This document shows, in pieces, positions 1 through 11,628 of a DNA stretch of 64,000 nt; the stretch's first letter is position 1; each line of letters begins with the position of its first letter. The position numbers and the translations under genes were made by a program. The stretch comes from Eledone cirrhosa (Eukaryota). The stretch is from NCBI GenBank assembly GCA_964016885.1, contig OZ024742.1, forward strand, positions 312,232,001 to 312,296,000, written 5' to 3'. The notes under the pieces were generated by a model. It was not told the origin of the DNA. It saw nothing but the letters and a program-made list of their open reading frames with translations, and ran no database searches.

Positions 1-20
1 TACTATTGAACTGGTTAGAA

Positions 21-673
21 CAGTAGTTCCTAAACTGGAATCTGCAAAAGTCTTATTGAGGGTCGGAAGTCTGCAAGCTGAGCTGAACATTTTAAAAGGC
101 TGCAGTGTTAAATGTATAATTATTTAATGGCTGTATATGTAAATATCTACAGGTATTTACATACTTATAGGTAATACCTGTCATTATTTTAAAGATGCAG
201 GCATGGCTATGTGGTTAAGGAGTTCACTTCACAACCATGTGATTCTGTATTCAGTTTCACTGCACAGCACCTTAGGCAAGTGTCGACTACTATAGCCTTG
301 GGTTGACCAAGGGAATTTAGTATACAGCATCTGCAGAAGTTCTTCATATGTTTGCATGTGTGTGTGTGTTCATGATTATGTTTACACCTGTCTCTATGTT
401 TCATTCAGTAAAAAGGGACCAATAAAATAAGCACCAGATTTGAAAAACAGGTACTGGGGTTGATATGGTCAACTAATCAAGGCAGTGCCTCAGCATGATT
501 ACATACTAATGACAAGAACCAATAAAATAATAAGGCTGATTAAAATAAGTTTCCAAATGACTAACATCAATAAAAAAAAAAAAAAAATAATAATAAGGCT
601 GATTAGAATAAGATTTCAAAATTTCGAAGCCATTTACAAATCAGTAGAGCTTGAAAAACATTGGGAACCACTG
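21..673. mobile_element. Non-autonomous hAT (Buster-type) MITE carrying a nested SINE
   Basis: Termini CAGTAGTTCCTAAA / TTGGGAACCACTG are imperfect inverted repeats; flanking 8-mers ggtTAgaa (13-20) and agcTAgaa (674-681) match 6/8 and fit the nnnTAnnn Buster target. Confidence 0.7.
199..540 (+). mobile_element. tRNA-headed SINE, family 1 (degenerate)
   Basis: A-box-like TGGCTATGTGGTTAAG and degenerate B box, then CACCTTAGGCAAGTGTC and a 3' part ending in A-rich units; homologous to 18397-18790 and fragments at ~10390-10485, ~16330-16440 and ~59750-59850. Confidence 0.65.
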
Positions 674-808
674 AGCTAGAATCTAGAGTGGGCCAGGTAG
701 CCTGGGGTTACCATATTTATTTAAGTCAGAACAATGTCAATATGTGTAGTAGTCTTACACATTAAACTCTCAGCCACTGTATTTTATGTCTGAAAAATAT
801 AAAGTTAA

Positions 809-1041
809 CCCTTTTGATATCAAACTGCCTGGAACTGCTCCTGGTTCAATAATACAAATCTGTTTTCAAGTGTTTATATTCATAAAAACTGTCCATTATA
901 ATTTTATATAAGAATTTTTGTTGCAAACAACAACTTAATAAGGAGAAAGCTTTTCATTAAATGCCTCCAAATTTGTGATTATTTTCAAAATTATTTGAAA
1001 ATTATAGGAAATATCTTATTGGAACTATGGTAACAAATAAG
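809..1041. mobile_element. TTAA-flanked piggyBac-like MITE, family B (~235 bp)
   Basis: TTAA at both ends, left terminus CCCTTTTG; homologous copies or fragments at 34756-34986, ~35930-36390, ~38165-38405, ~11990-12165, ~47160-47430, ~50520-50735. Confidence 0.65.
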
Positions 1042-1355
1042 TTAAGAACTGAAATTAGTCAGCAGTGGCACCATAAATATAATTTAACATCAGCTTTTTC
1101 CTGCTGGCATCTGCGAGACTACATATACTCAGATGCCCTTCCTGGTACCAACCCTTTAGCTCCCTCTCATAACATACAGGAATATATATATATATTCCTG
1201 TATGTTTATATCCTTCTCCTATTGCCACTGGATTTCGTTGCCAGAAGATTTTCCCATCTGCATTGTAGAGGCTTCCAAACTGACTATTTTTTTTCTTTTT
1301 CCACAATGGTTCAAGCAAACCTGAACACTCTCATATATATATACATATATACATA

Positions 1356-1493
1356 CAGGGTGTCCAAAAAATGTATACACACTTTGATTACCTGTACAGG
1401 CAATATTTATTAGAACCCATGCTAGCGTGGAAAGTGGACGTTAAACGAGGATGAATGCTGTTGAAGTGTGTATACATTTTTTAGGATACCCTG
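1356..1493. mobile_element. Tc1/mariner-type MITE with a 37-bp RTE-tail insertion
   Basis: TA-flanked TIRs CAGGGTGTCCAAAAAATGTATACACAC / GTGTGTATACATTTTTTAGGATACCCTG; an uninterrupted copy lies at 12739-12853. Confidence 0.85.
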
Positions 1494-1554
1494 TATGTGT
1501 GTGTGTGTGTGTGTATTCTTTTATTGGTTACAGTCATTAGACTCCTATATTTAT

Positions 1555-1588
<34 letters not shown>

Positions 1589-1594
1589 GAAATG

Positions 1595-1900
1595 ATCGGT
1601 AGAGGGTCGGACGCAATGCTTTGACGCAAGGAGTTACGGCCCTTTCCATTCTGAGTTCAAATCCCACCGAGGTTAACTTTGCCTTTCATCCTTACGGGGT
1701 CGATAAAATAAAGTACCAGTAATGTACTGGGTAATTGCTGGCCTTGTGCCAAAAGTAGAAACAATTATTATCATTGTTTCAAATCCCGCTGGGGTTAACT
1801 TTGCCTTTCATCCTTACGGGGTCGATAAAATAAAGTACCAGTAATACACTGAGATAATTGATGGCCTTGTGCCAAATGTAGAAACAATTATTATCATTGT
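1595..1900 (+). mobile_element. SINE family 2, tandem pair
   Basis: B-box-like GAGTTCAAATCCC, conserved body GCCTTTCATCCTTACGGGGTCGATAAAATAAAGTACCAG and tail GGCCTTGTGCCAAAAGTAGAAACAATTATT; the body resembles (from memory) the Meta/MESC-type SINE central domain. Confidence 0.75.
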
Positions 1901-3767
1901 TAAACTAATATATATATATACATACACACACACACACAATTATATACTATATACTCACATAGTCACATAGTTATAGTGATTATTTCATTTCATTTGTGCT
2001 ACTAAAGTCACCAGAGACCCCCCCCCCCCCCCTGCAATAACCAATTTGACTTATTACTCATTAATGGAACAATACTACTGGTTACAAACAATCAAGACTG
2101 AAACTACAGATATTTAATCTTTGCAGAACCTACCCACCTCCTTGCAGCCACCACCACCACCACCACCACCACAACATACTACTCCATTCCAGTATCCTCA
2201 TTTACAGGAGCCTGTTAAAAGCTCAGCTGACCTTTGTAAATTTCAACAGTGATCATCTATGTGTACAACCTAGAACTAACTGTCAGTACCAGCATAGTTT
2301 ATGTCTATAGCTACCTCAACACTGGATATTGAGAAGATCAAAGTGAACTAATATACCTTTCCATTAATCATGTTTTATGGGGTCTCTGCAAGCTTCTTTG
2401 TTCTATGCTAACAAACACACACATACACACTGTTCATTGAAATCAGGTCCAAATGAGTTTATCTTCCTAGCATGAAATAGAGACACATCAGTGCTGGGAA
2501 ATAAGGTTACATGAATAGATAGGGATAAGTAGTATATAGATTAATATCTAGAAATATAGATAATGGATAGCTAGCTAGAAAGATAGATTGTATAAACTGA
2601 GAGCTACATGTATATGAATGAAACATCTCACGTTTACACACACACACATATTATATATAAATTACAAACATATAAACAAAAAAAAAAGACAATATAATTA
2701 AAGACTGGTTGTGGAAGTGAACTAGAAAACAAATAGAGACAAGATAGGTGTAAGATTAAGATGCTGTTCTAGTAACCAAGTGATTGAGTTCAAATTTAGT
2801 TATAGCATTCATGCTGTACACTTCAGCAAGACATGGGTCTCCTCGTTACAGATAAAGGGAAGATCAGTTCAAATCAGAAAACAGAAACAAACATACAGTG
2901 CATGTGTTCAAAACAAGTATATTACATACAACTCTGAAAGAGTCATCCCAGCTAGCTAACTTGTTTTCAAATCCAACAGATAGTAAGTATCATTGAATTT
3001 GAATTCTGCAACTAAGTTGCATTCAGTAATCAGAAGAAGGGAGGTTGACATAAAAGCCAAACTTGCTATCTCGATAGAGTGCATAGCTTGGATAACATCC
3101 ATGGGCTTGGCTGGTCTCACTTGGGGATCTAGCCAGATCAGTTCGAGAGGGTTGCTTCTGATAGGACCTGCTGAAAGGACTCTTCCCCCACGACCCTCAC
3201 AGAATAAGTGGGCAAAGAAGAAGGTTAATTCACCTCTGTATTGCACACAGTAAATGGATCTAACAATAAGGTGTAAATCATTGTTCTGAGGTTCCAAATA
3301 CTAGCTGAGAATTATAATACAGATTCTGATATGTAGTAGTTATAGTAGTTAATTGTATGGGATACAGTGATAGTTGGGACATGCATGTTTAATCAAATAA
3401 CTTTTTTTTTTCTTGATGGAGAAGAGACATGGTTTCAATGGCTGGATGCTTTTCTTAATGCCAAGCATTTTACAAAGTGTTTTGGGTGCATATTATTATG
3501 TCACCAGCAATAGAGAGGATATGTAACTGAAAAATCCTTTCTGCTCATTTGGCATGTAGACTATATAAGTTTGACAGTTTGAAAGATAGTGTGCTAGCCA
3601 GCATTTTGAGTTGTTTCTGAAGAAAATATTCAATATTTTTGTGTATGAATGGATAGAAAATGGAGTCAAGCAGTTTGCTGATATCGGTGCTAGTTAAAAA
3701 GATAATGTGGGCATATTTATTCTTTTTCTGTTCTCCCCCCCCCCCCCTTCTTTATATATATATGACA

Positions 3768-5990
3768 ATATAATTCAAGCATGTTTTACAACGTGAGGAC
3801 CAGAAACAGGAGGTATTCAAGATTGCGAGGCAGTGTGTCAGAGATAGTTGTGATGTCATTGGAGAGAAGTGTATCCGGAATGATAAAGGTGAGCTTGCCC
3901 TCACAAGTGCTGAGAAGAAAGATGCATGGAAGAGTCATTATGATAGATTACTAAATGAGGAGAATGCATGGGAAGAAGAGACCCTACCCCAAGTAGACCC
4001 TATAGAGGGACCAGCAGTACAAGTCAGCGGCAGCGTAGTAAGTAAGGCAATCAGAGATATGAAGATGGGGAAGGCAACCGGTCCATCGGGTATAGCTGCC
4101 GAGATGCTGAAGGCATCTGGGTCTGTAGGTCACACTATAACCACACGTATCGTTAACCAGGTAATACTAGAAGGGGCCATACCAAAAGATTGGTGCAGTA
4201 GCATCATTGTCAACTGCTACAAAGGCAAAGGCGACGCACTAGATAGAGGAAACTATAGAGGTATAAAGTTGATGGACCAGGTCATGAAAGTAACAGAAAG
4301 AGTTATAGCACAGCTGATTAGGGACCGGGTGAATATAGACGAGATGCAATTTGGGTTTGTACCAGGAAGAGGCACCACTGATGCCCTCTTCCTTGTGAGG
4401 CAATTACAGGAAAAGTACCTAGCTAAAAGTAAGCCACTCTACTTGGCATTTGTCGACCTTGAGAAAGCCTTTGACAGAGTTCCACGTGCTGTAATCTGGT
4501 GGGCTCTTAGAAAACTAGGAGTAGATGAATGGCTTGTGAAAGCGGTACAAGCCATGTATAGAGGAGCAGTCAGCAAAGTTAGGATTAGCAATGAGTATAG
4601 CGAGGAATTTAGCGTACAGGTTGGGGTCCACCAGGGCTCTGTTCTTAGCCCTCTCCTGTTCATCATAGTCCTGCAGGCAATAACGGAGGAATTTAAGACC
4701 GGATGCCCATGGGAACTCCTGTATGCTGATGACCTCGCACTCATAGCTGAATCTATGATAGAACTAGAGAATAAATTCCAAACCTGGAAGCAGGGACTAG
4801 AGAGAAAGGGTCTCAAAGTCAACATGACAAAGACTAAGGTCCTTGTAAGTAGACGAGAAAACAGAACCCAGATCCCCTCAGGGAAATGGCCTTGCTCAGT
4901 ATGTAGGAAAGGTGTAGGTAGGAACTCCCTTCTCTGCCCCAAATGCAAACAATGGGTACACAAGAGATGTAGCGGGATCTCAGGAAGCTTAATTAAGAAT
5001 GTAGGATTCACATGCAGCAGCTGTGCTGAAACAGCAAGCAGCAAACAGCCACAGGAAACAAGTACCACCAATCTCTGGGAGGGCCCTGTAGAAACAGTAG
5101 ACAGCTTCTGCTACCTAGGTGACCGAATTAGCAACGGAGGTGGGTGTTCAGAAAGTACAATAACTAGGGTAAGAACGGGATGGAAGAAGTTTAGGGAACT
5201 ACTACCACTGCTAGCTGCAAAAGGCTTTTCCCTCAGAATGAAAGGCAGACTGTATGATGCGTGTATCCGAACATCGATGTTGCATGGTAGTGAGACCTGG
5301 GCGCTGAAGGTGAAAGACTTACGTAGATTAGAGAGAAACAAAGCCTGCATGCTCCGATGGATGTGTAACAGTAATATACGTGAACGACAAAGTATAAATG
5401 AATTGAGAGAGAGACTGAGCATAAGAGGAATCAAATGCTGTGTGCAGGAGAGGCGGTTGCGCTGGTATGGACATGTGATGCGTATGAAGGATGACAGTTG
5501 CATAAAAAGGTGCAGAGCACTAGAAGTTGATGGAAACCGCGGAGTGGGGAGACCCAAGATGACCTGGGATGAGGTGATAAAAGCCGACCTTACCCAATTA
5601 CACCTCTCAAAGACAATGACACACGACCGTGACTTCTGGCGTCACGCAGTAATACAGAGTACCCGACCTCCCATGGGTACATGCTGAAGCATATAAACAA
5701 TATGCCCCCACACCCCCCACCGCAAGGTGGTCGTGGAGGTGCCACGGCAAAAAAGCACCCAGCCCACACTGTAAAGTGGACGTGTAGGCGCCACGAAAAA
5801 GCACCCAGCACTCACTGTAAATGAGGTTGGTGTTAGGAAGGGCATCCAGCTGTAGAAATCAAGCCAGATCAGTTCCTGTATGAGCAAGGCATGGTCAGCC
5901 GACCAGACACTGCACACAACAGGACAACCCGTCTAACCCATGCTAGCGTGGAAGAACGGACGTAAAACGGTGATGATGACGGTGATGATG
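3768..5990 (+). mobile_element. 5'-truncated RTE-clade LINE
   Basis: RT ORF, (GAT)n tail at ~5970-5990 and an 8-bp TSD ATATGACA at 3760-3767 and 5991-5998. Confidence 0.92.
3774..5687 (+). CDS. RTE reverse transcriptase (partial; endonuclease lost by truncation) with inserted PHD-like finger
   Basis: Frame open from 3774 (first Met 4059); motifs NYRGIKL, QFGF, AFVDLEKAFDRV, GVHQGSVLSP, YADD, YLG, HGSETW, LRWYGHV, GRPK..W. Confidence 0.93.
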   Translation, partial: FKHVLQREDQKQEVFKIARQCVRDSCDVIGEKCIRNDKGELALTSAEKKDAWKSHYDRLLNEENAWEEETLPQVDPIEGPAVQVSGSVVSKAIRDMKMGKATGPSGIAAEMLKASGSVGHTITTRIVNQVILEGAIPKDWCSSIIVNCYKGKGDALDRGNYRGIKLMDQVMKVTERVIAQLIRDRVNIDEMQFGFVPGRGTTDALFLVRQLQEKYLAKSKPLYLAFVDLEKAFDRVPRAVIWWALRKLGVDEWLVKAVQAMYRGAVSKVRISNEYSEEFSVQVGVHQGSVLSPLLFIIVLQAITEEFKTGCPWELLYADDLALIAESMIELENKFQTWKQGLERKGLKVNMTKTKVLVSRRENRTQIPSGKWPCSVCRKGVGRNSLLCPKCKQWVHKRCSGISGSLIKNVGFTCSSCAETASSKQPQETSTTNLWEGPVETVDSFCYLGDRISNGGGCSESTITRVRTGWKKFRELLPLLAAKGFSLRMKGRLYDACIRTSMLHGSETWALKVKDLRRLERNKACMLRWMCNSNIRERQSINELRERLSIRGIKCCVQERRLRWYGHVMRMKDDSCIKRCRALEVDGNRGVGRPKMTWDEVIKADLTQLHLSKTMTHDRDFWRHAVIQSTRPPMGTC

Positions 5991-6034
5991 ATATGACACC
6001 TTTCCCAGTCCATAATGGCTTAAAAATCTGCCCC

Positions 6035-6068
<34 letters not shown>

Positions 6069-6716
6069 ATAATAATAAATTTGAAGACTAAAATCCAAAG
6101 AGAGCTCGATAAGGATAAATATATATCAGCGCCATTATGGACTGAGAAAGGTGTCTTTTATATATATATATAAAGAAGGGGGGAAAAAGAAAAGCAGAGA
6201 AAAAGAATAAATATGCCCACATTATCTTTTTAACTAGCACTGATATCAGCAAACTGCTTGACTCCATTTTCTATCCATTCATACACAAAATAAATATATA
6301 AGCAGCGATTCTTTGCTTAAACTTTAATCTGTTATTTTAATAAATATATATATATATTTATATTCCCACACACACACAGAATAGGTAATAGGTAACCAAG
6401 ACTGCAACAATGTTTATATAAATATAAACATTTTTAATATGAAGTCATGTAAACACCAATTTTCCTGTAAATTGAAAAAAATGATAAACCCCTCAATATA
6501 TATATATATATCATCTTCATCCCAGTTTAATGACATATAAACTCACATATCTGACAAGATGTCGAAAAATACTCAGGCCCTGTTGTCTTGATTGTACCCT
6601 GAGCTGATTGATATCAAAACAATTAAAATATGCCAATAAAGTTTGTACATACTCTGCAACACTGACTTCGATTCTACTTAATCTATTTATCTATAGCATC
6701 ATCATCATATATATAT

Positions 6717-6850
6717 GGTGAAGGCGTGTGGCTGAGTGGTTAGAGAATTGGATTCGCAATCGTGAGGTTGTGCGTTCACTTCCCAGACCAGGTGATGCGT
6801 TATGTCCTTGAGCAAGACACTTTATTTCATGATGCTCCTTCTACCTGGAG
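6717..6850 (+). mobile_element. tRNA-headed SINE family 3, 5' fragment
   Basis: GTGGCTGAGTGGTTAG A box, GCGTTCACTTCCC B-like box, TCCTTGAGCAAGACACTTTATTTCA; homologous to 17985-18120. Confidence 0.7.
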
Positions 6851-6954
6851 TTGCGACCGATAGATAGTATTAGCAACAATTGGAAAGACCAATGGAAACA
6901 TTGTTTCCTCAGTTCGATTTGATGAAAGTCGATCGACTGTCATATATATATATA

Positions 6955-7110
6955 TATGAAGTATTCAGGATCCCGATCGCTGAGCTCCTGCAGTTTTAAC
7001 AGCTATTTTCGAACTGTTAAAATGACAGGAGCTCAGCCTTTGGGGTCACGAATCCTTCATATTCTACACTCTACTATCCCAAATATTGAGTACTCTGGTG
7101 AGTAATGGTC
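6955..7110 (+). repeat. Palindromic repeat family: ~107-bp hairpin plus conserved ~50-bp flank
   Basis: 6955-7061 is self-complementary; a second copy lies in the opposite orientation at ~55910-56085. Confidence 0.8.
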
Positions 7111-7131
7111 TAACAGATTTTTATTGCATCC

Positions 7132-7171
<40 letters not shown>

Positions 7172-7211
7172 TCACCACCACTTAATGTCCATTTTTACAC
7201 ATTAATATGGG

Positions 7212-7250
<39 letters not shown>

Positions 7251-8089
7251 GTCAATACTCATCTTTTTCCATTTATCTGAGGGTTCTAAACCCCATTATC
7301 AGACTAAAATTTCTTTAGTCAAAGATACGGTGAAAGCTATTCTATTTTCTAATTTTAAACCTGCTCACTGTTTCAAAACATACTTACTTGCGATATATAT
7401 ATATATATCTGAATGGATGCAATAAAAAATCTGTTTTCAAATTGATATAATTTCATATATTAAATTTTGTATTATATATATATAATACAAAATTTAATAT
7501 AATATGAAATTATATCAATTTGAAATTCCCAACTATCCTTGCAACTGGTTTAAAAAATAACAGGGTAGTTGAATGGGTGATAGGGGAAAATTTGGGATTG
7601 CACAGCAACTTTGGAAAATATACTGGTGTGTTGGCATATTTATTGGTAAGAATGGTTTTGGAGAGAGGAAGGATGGTATGGAAGATAACCATAACAACAA
7701 ATAGAGACAGTGATGGTAATAATAGTGGTGGCTTTTGTGATTCTAGTAGTAGGTCAGTGGTCAGTGTTTGCTCAGTAAGTGCTTTTCTTTAGCTAGCGCT
7801 CTCTCTTACTCTTTCACTATCTATTTCTCTCTCTCTCGTTATCAATATCTATGTATCTTTCTATCTGGCAAAACTAGAGTGAGTCATCATTTCTAAGGAG
7901 ACTGGGAGATAAAGCATGGCTGGACCTGATTGATCAGACAGACTCTTGGACACAACAGCAGCAGTGACAGCAGCAACATAGATGAAAGATGGTGGTGATT
8001 GTAGTAAAAGAGATGAGGACAGATAGCCAGGAGAGTGATAGTGAATGACAGAGGGAGATAGTGAGAAAAATATATATAGGGAATGACAA

Positions 8090-8142
8090 TTATATATATA
8101 TGTGTGTGTGTGTGTATGTATATATATATATACATACATATA

Positions 8143-8174
<32 letters not shown>

Positions 8175-9830
8175 CACACACACATATATGTATGTATATA
8201 TACATACACATATATACATGTGTGTATATATATACACACACATATATAAATATATACACGCATATATATATATGTATGTATACACACACACACATATATA
8301 GTGAGAGTAAGAGAGTACACTGAGCAATGGACAAGACAAAGACACATGCAATAAAAGTTTGTGTGGCTGTATCAGAGAATTGTAGAGATAAGAAGGAGGG
8401 TGAGGGAGTGCAGAAGGTAGCACTTGCGGGGTGGATGGGTGGGAGTTGCATGGTCAGGAGGAGTAGAATAGTAAGGTAAAGGATGGGGGGGGGGGGGGCG
8501 TGGGGGAGAAAGATAGAGTTTGATATGGCTAGGACTGTGGGGAAGTAAAGAAGACAATGGTGGTGTGATGGTGGTGGTGGCAGTGAGGAGGGGGCTGGTG
8601 TGGTGAATAGCCATGATGGTGGTGGTGGTGAGAGATGAATAGTCATGGTGGTGGTGGTGGTAGAGGTAAGGAAGATAGTGTAGACATACATACATATATA
8701 GGTACATATGCACATATGGCAATATATATCTATATGTACATACATACATACATACATACATTGGTACATACATACATACACTACATCCTAGATGGTCAAT
8801 ATCCTAGATAGTAAAGAAGGTGATAGTGGTGATATGGAGGGGGGGGGGTGCAAGACCATGAAGTAGTAAGGAAGATGGTGGTGGTGGTGAGCAGTTAGAT
8901 GGTCAGAATTGTAGAATAGTAGGGGGGAGATGGTGGTGGTGGGGATGGGGTCCAGGTTGGATAGTAAGGCTGATGGTGCTTGCTGGTGGGGTGTATGAAG
9001 GTTGGATGGTCAGAATGGTAGGGTAAGGTGAGGGAGATACTGGATGATCAGAATAGTGAAGTGCTAGGGAAATTATCATTAGAGTTAATGGTGGTGGTGG
9101 TGGAGGCAGTGGTAGTAGTAGTAGTTGTAGTGGCGGTGGTAGTAATAGCAGTAGTAGTAGTAGTAATAGTAGTAATAGTAGTGGTGGAGGCAGCAGCAGT
9201 AGTAGTAGTAGTAGTAGTAGTCTTAAAAACAACAAATGAGAGAGAAAGATAGAGAATACATAGTGAAAGTTATGTTTGTTTGAACATGCATGTATGCAGG
9301 TGTACGTCTGTGTGTGTGTGTGAGTTTACATGTGGAGGGTGTAAGTATGGGAGGAGACCTATGAGGGTGGTGTAAGGTTAGTGAGAGGTGAGTGTTAGTT
9401 GGAGTATAGGATGGATGTGTATGTGTTCTTGTTTGAAAATAGATAGAGAGAGCTTAAAGCTGGGGGGGGGGGGGGATAAGATAGATAGAGACAGAGAGAG
9501 AGAGGGATAAGATAGATAGATATATAGATAGACAGAGTATAAAGTAGAAGACTGGGGAAAACAGAAAAGATAGGGAAAAAGAAAACAATGCTTATATGTA
9601 AACCTATACATTTATAATACACACATATATAAATACACACACATATCTGGACATACATCTATCGGTATACACATATAGATACATACATCTATAGATATAT
9701 GCATATAGATACATACATCTATTGATATACAATATATGTCGGTACTTATATATGTCTCTAGGCATACACACATATATACTATACACATGTATAGGTACAT
9801 GTGTATACACATATACATATACAAACCACT
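8090..9830. repeat. Low-complexity block: (TA)/(CA)/(TG), (GGT)/(GTA), (GATA) microsatellites
   Basis: Seen directly; the overlapping ORFs are simple-repeat translations. Confidence 0.9.
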
Positions 9831-11092
9831 TCACCTGATTCACACACACAATGGCCACTACCAACTAGCATCTGAAGCAATGGAGGATGTGTGTGGTAGT
9901 GGTGGAGTCAGGACAAGACCTGAAATTGAATTGATTGTTATTTTATTGCAGGAATGACCACAATCAGAGAAGCAGCACCTCCATGATGTCTACAGTTATC
10001 ACACACACACACAATGTCTGTCTCTTCCTTCCCAATCTTTCTCCCCCCCCCCCCCCGCGCATCACATCTATCCATAGGAGTCACAGAGATTATCAGATAA
10101 AATGCTCAGCAGATAGCCATCATGCAGACCCCTAATTTCCTAGTAGTAATGGCCTAGCAGCCACTGGTTGGAGGGGGGCCTATTCCCAGCTTCCCATTTT
10201 TAAAGGAAATCATCATCCACATTTTACACCCACATTCCATTTTTATATGGGTAGAATGGGTCGTCCCTGGGTCTTGACTGGTCAAAGAACCATATCTTGA
10301 CTCTTATGGTTGGTTTGGTTTCTACAGCTTGATGCCCTGCTAACAGTGTCCTTAAAACTACTTTGTAGCTGTCACATCTTAGATGTGACAAGGCTATAGT
10401 AAAAGACACTTGCCCTAGGTATCACACAATGGAAGAGCCACATGGTTGCAAAGCAAATTTCTTAATCACACAACCATGCCAGCACATTGCTAAATGTGTA
10501 AATATTTGTAGAACAGTTTAATCCTTTAGTATTTGAATTACTCTATATTTACTATTGTATTTTTGCGGAAAATGCATTACCTCACGTAATGGTCACACAT
10601 AATACTGAGTCCATGAGATTTTGATATTATTTATTTGGAAAACAATACCTTAACGTTGGAATAAGTGGCCAGTTATAGCTGGTTTCAACAGAATGAGGTG
10701 AGAGAATTTTGGCCAGATACAGCTGGATTAAATACATAGGAGCTGTCTACAGGACCCTTCATGAAATAAGCAATATTTACTAATAGTTACCCTCAACAGT
10801 CGATATATAGTAACAGGCAGCTACAGGAAAAAAAAAAATTAAAAAATAATAATCACAGGGCAAAGGCAAAAGAAATCAAAGTAAGTGGCACTTAATTTGA
10901 AGTGAAGTGCCATTTCTTTGTTTCTACCCACACCCCATCTCCACTGAAACTATCCTTGGAATAGATTCCATTTGTAAGGGGGACAAATATTAAGCTGATT
11001 ACCTCCTAGGAAACCTCGTGGTGGGGGAGCCAAGTTTGTGCATTTGACACAATTTGAGCCACTGTGTGTAAGTGAGAGAGAGGGGGGGGGGT

Positions 11093-11143
<51 letters not shown>

Positions 11144-11585
11144 AGATGCATGTTTTTGGTTTCTTTTCTCATCCCCACCCTCTCATCTTTGTTATGGCAT
11201 TTAGGTTTCATTTCAAAAGGTCAGGAAAAAAAAAACAAAGTCACAAATTGTAAACTGGAAACACATTATTCACTTAACTAATTAGATTGGCAATGACATT
11301 TACAACATTATCTTATATTAATTGGTGGTTTTACTAGTTGGTTTCATTGTATGAGGACAATAGAAAATGAAAATAGCAACAACAACTACTACATACAATA
11401 CCAATAATATTGATGATGATGATAATGAGCTATGGTAGAGTGGAGAAAATAACTAACTGGTTTATTGGTGGTGTTGTCCACACCTGCAAGACAAACCTTA
11501 ATTATGCTAAAAAAATTCCACAACCATAATGATGTCTGGATACTTGAAAAACAGAGATTCTTAAGATGGCTGGACACTAAGAAAT

Positions 11586-11628
<43 letters not shown>

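Larger units (their letters stand above)
3636..6290. repeat. Foldback element / inverted duplication interrupted by the LINE
   Basis: 3636-3763 is the near-perfect reverse complement of ~6160-6290; the inversion continues after the LINE (5995-6019 vs 6130-6155). Confidence 0.85.

Noticed and set aside
2956-3297. Overlapping 113-aa and 86-aa ORFs in non-microsatellite sequence
   Set aside because: No recognisable domain or convincing splice signals; could be old TE debris.
4439-5557. Antisense ORFs over the LINE (also 62511-63050, 60065-60589)
   Set aside because: Shadow frames of the RT coding strand with no independent motifs.
7861-9864. Long ORFs (306, 176, 133, 110 aa)
   Set aside because: Translations of (TA)/(CA)/(GGT)/(GTA) repeats that lack stops by composition; the same applies to ORFs at 18649-20029, 30907-31379, 40475-42720 and 58509-58856.
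9835-9920. Possible minus-strand exon (TTTCAG acceptor, CAG|GTGAAG donor)
   Set aside because: Stops in all three frames and a weak donor; unsupported without RNA data.
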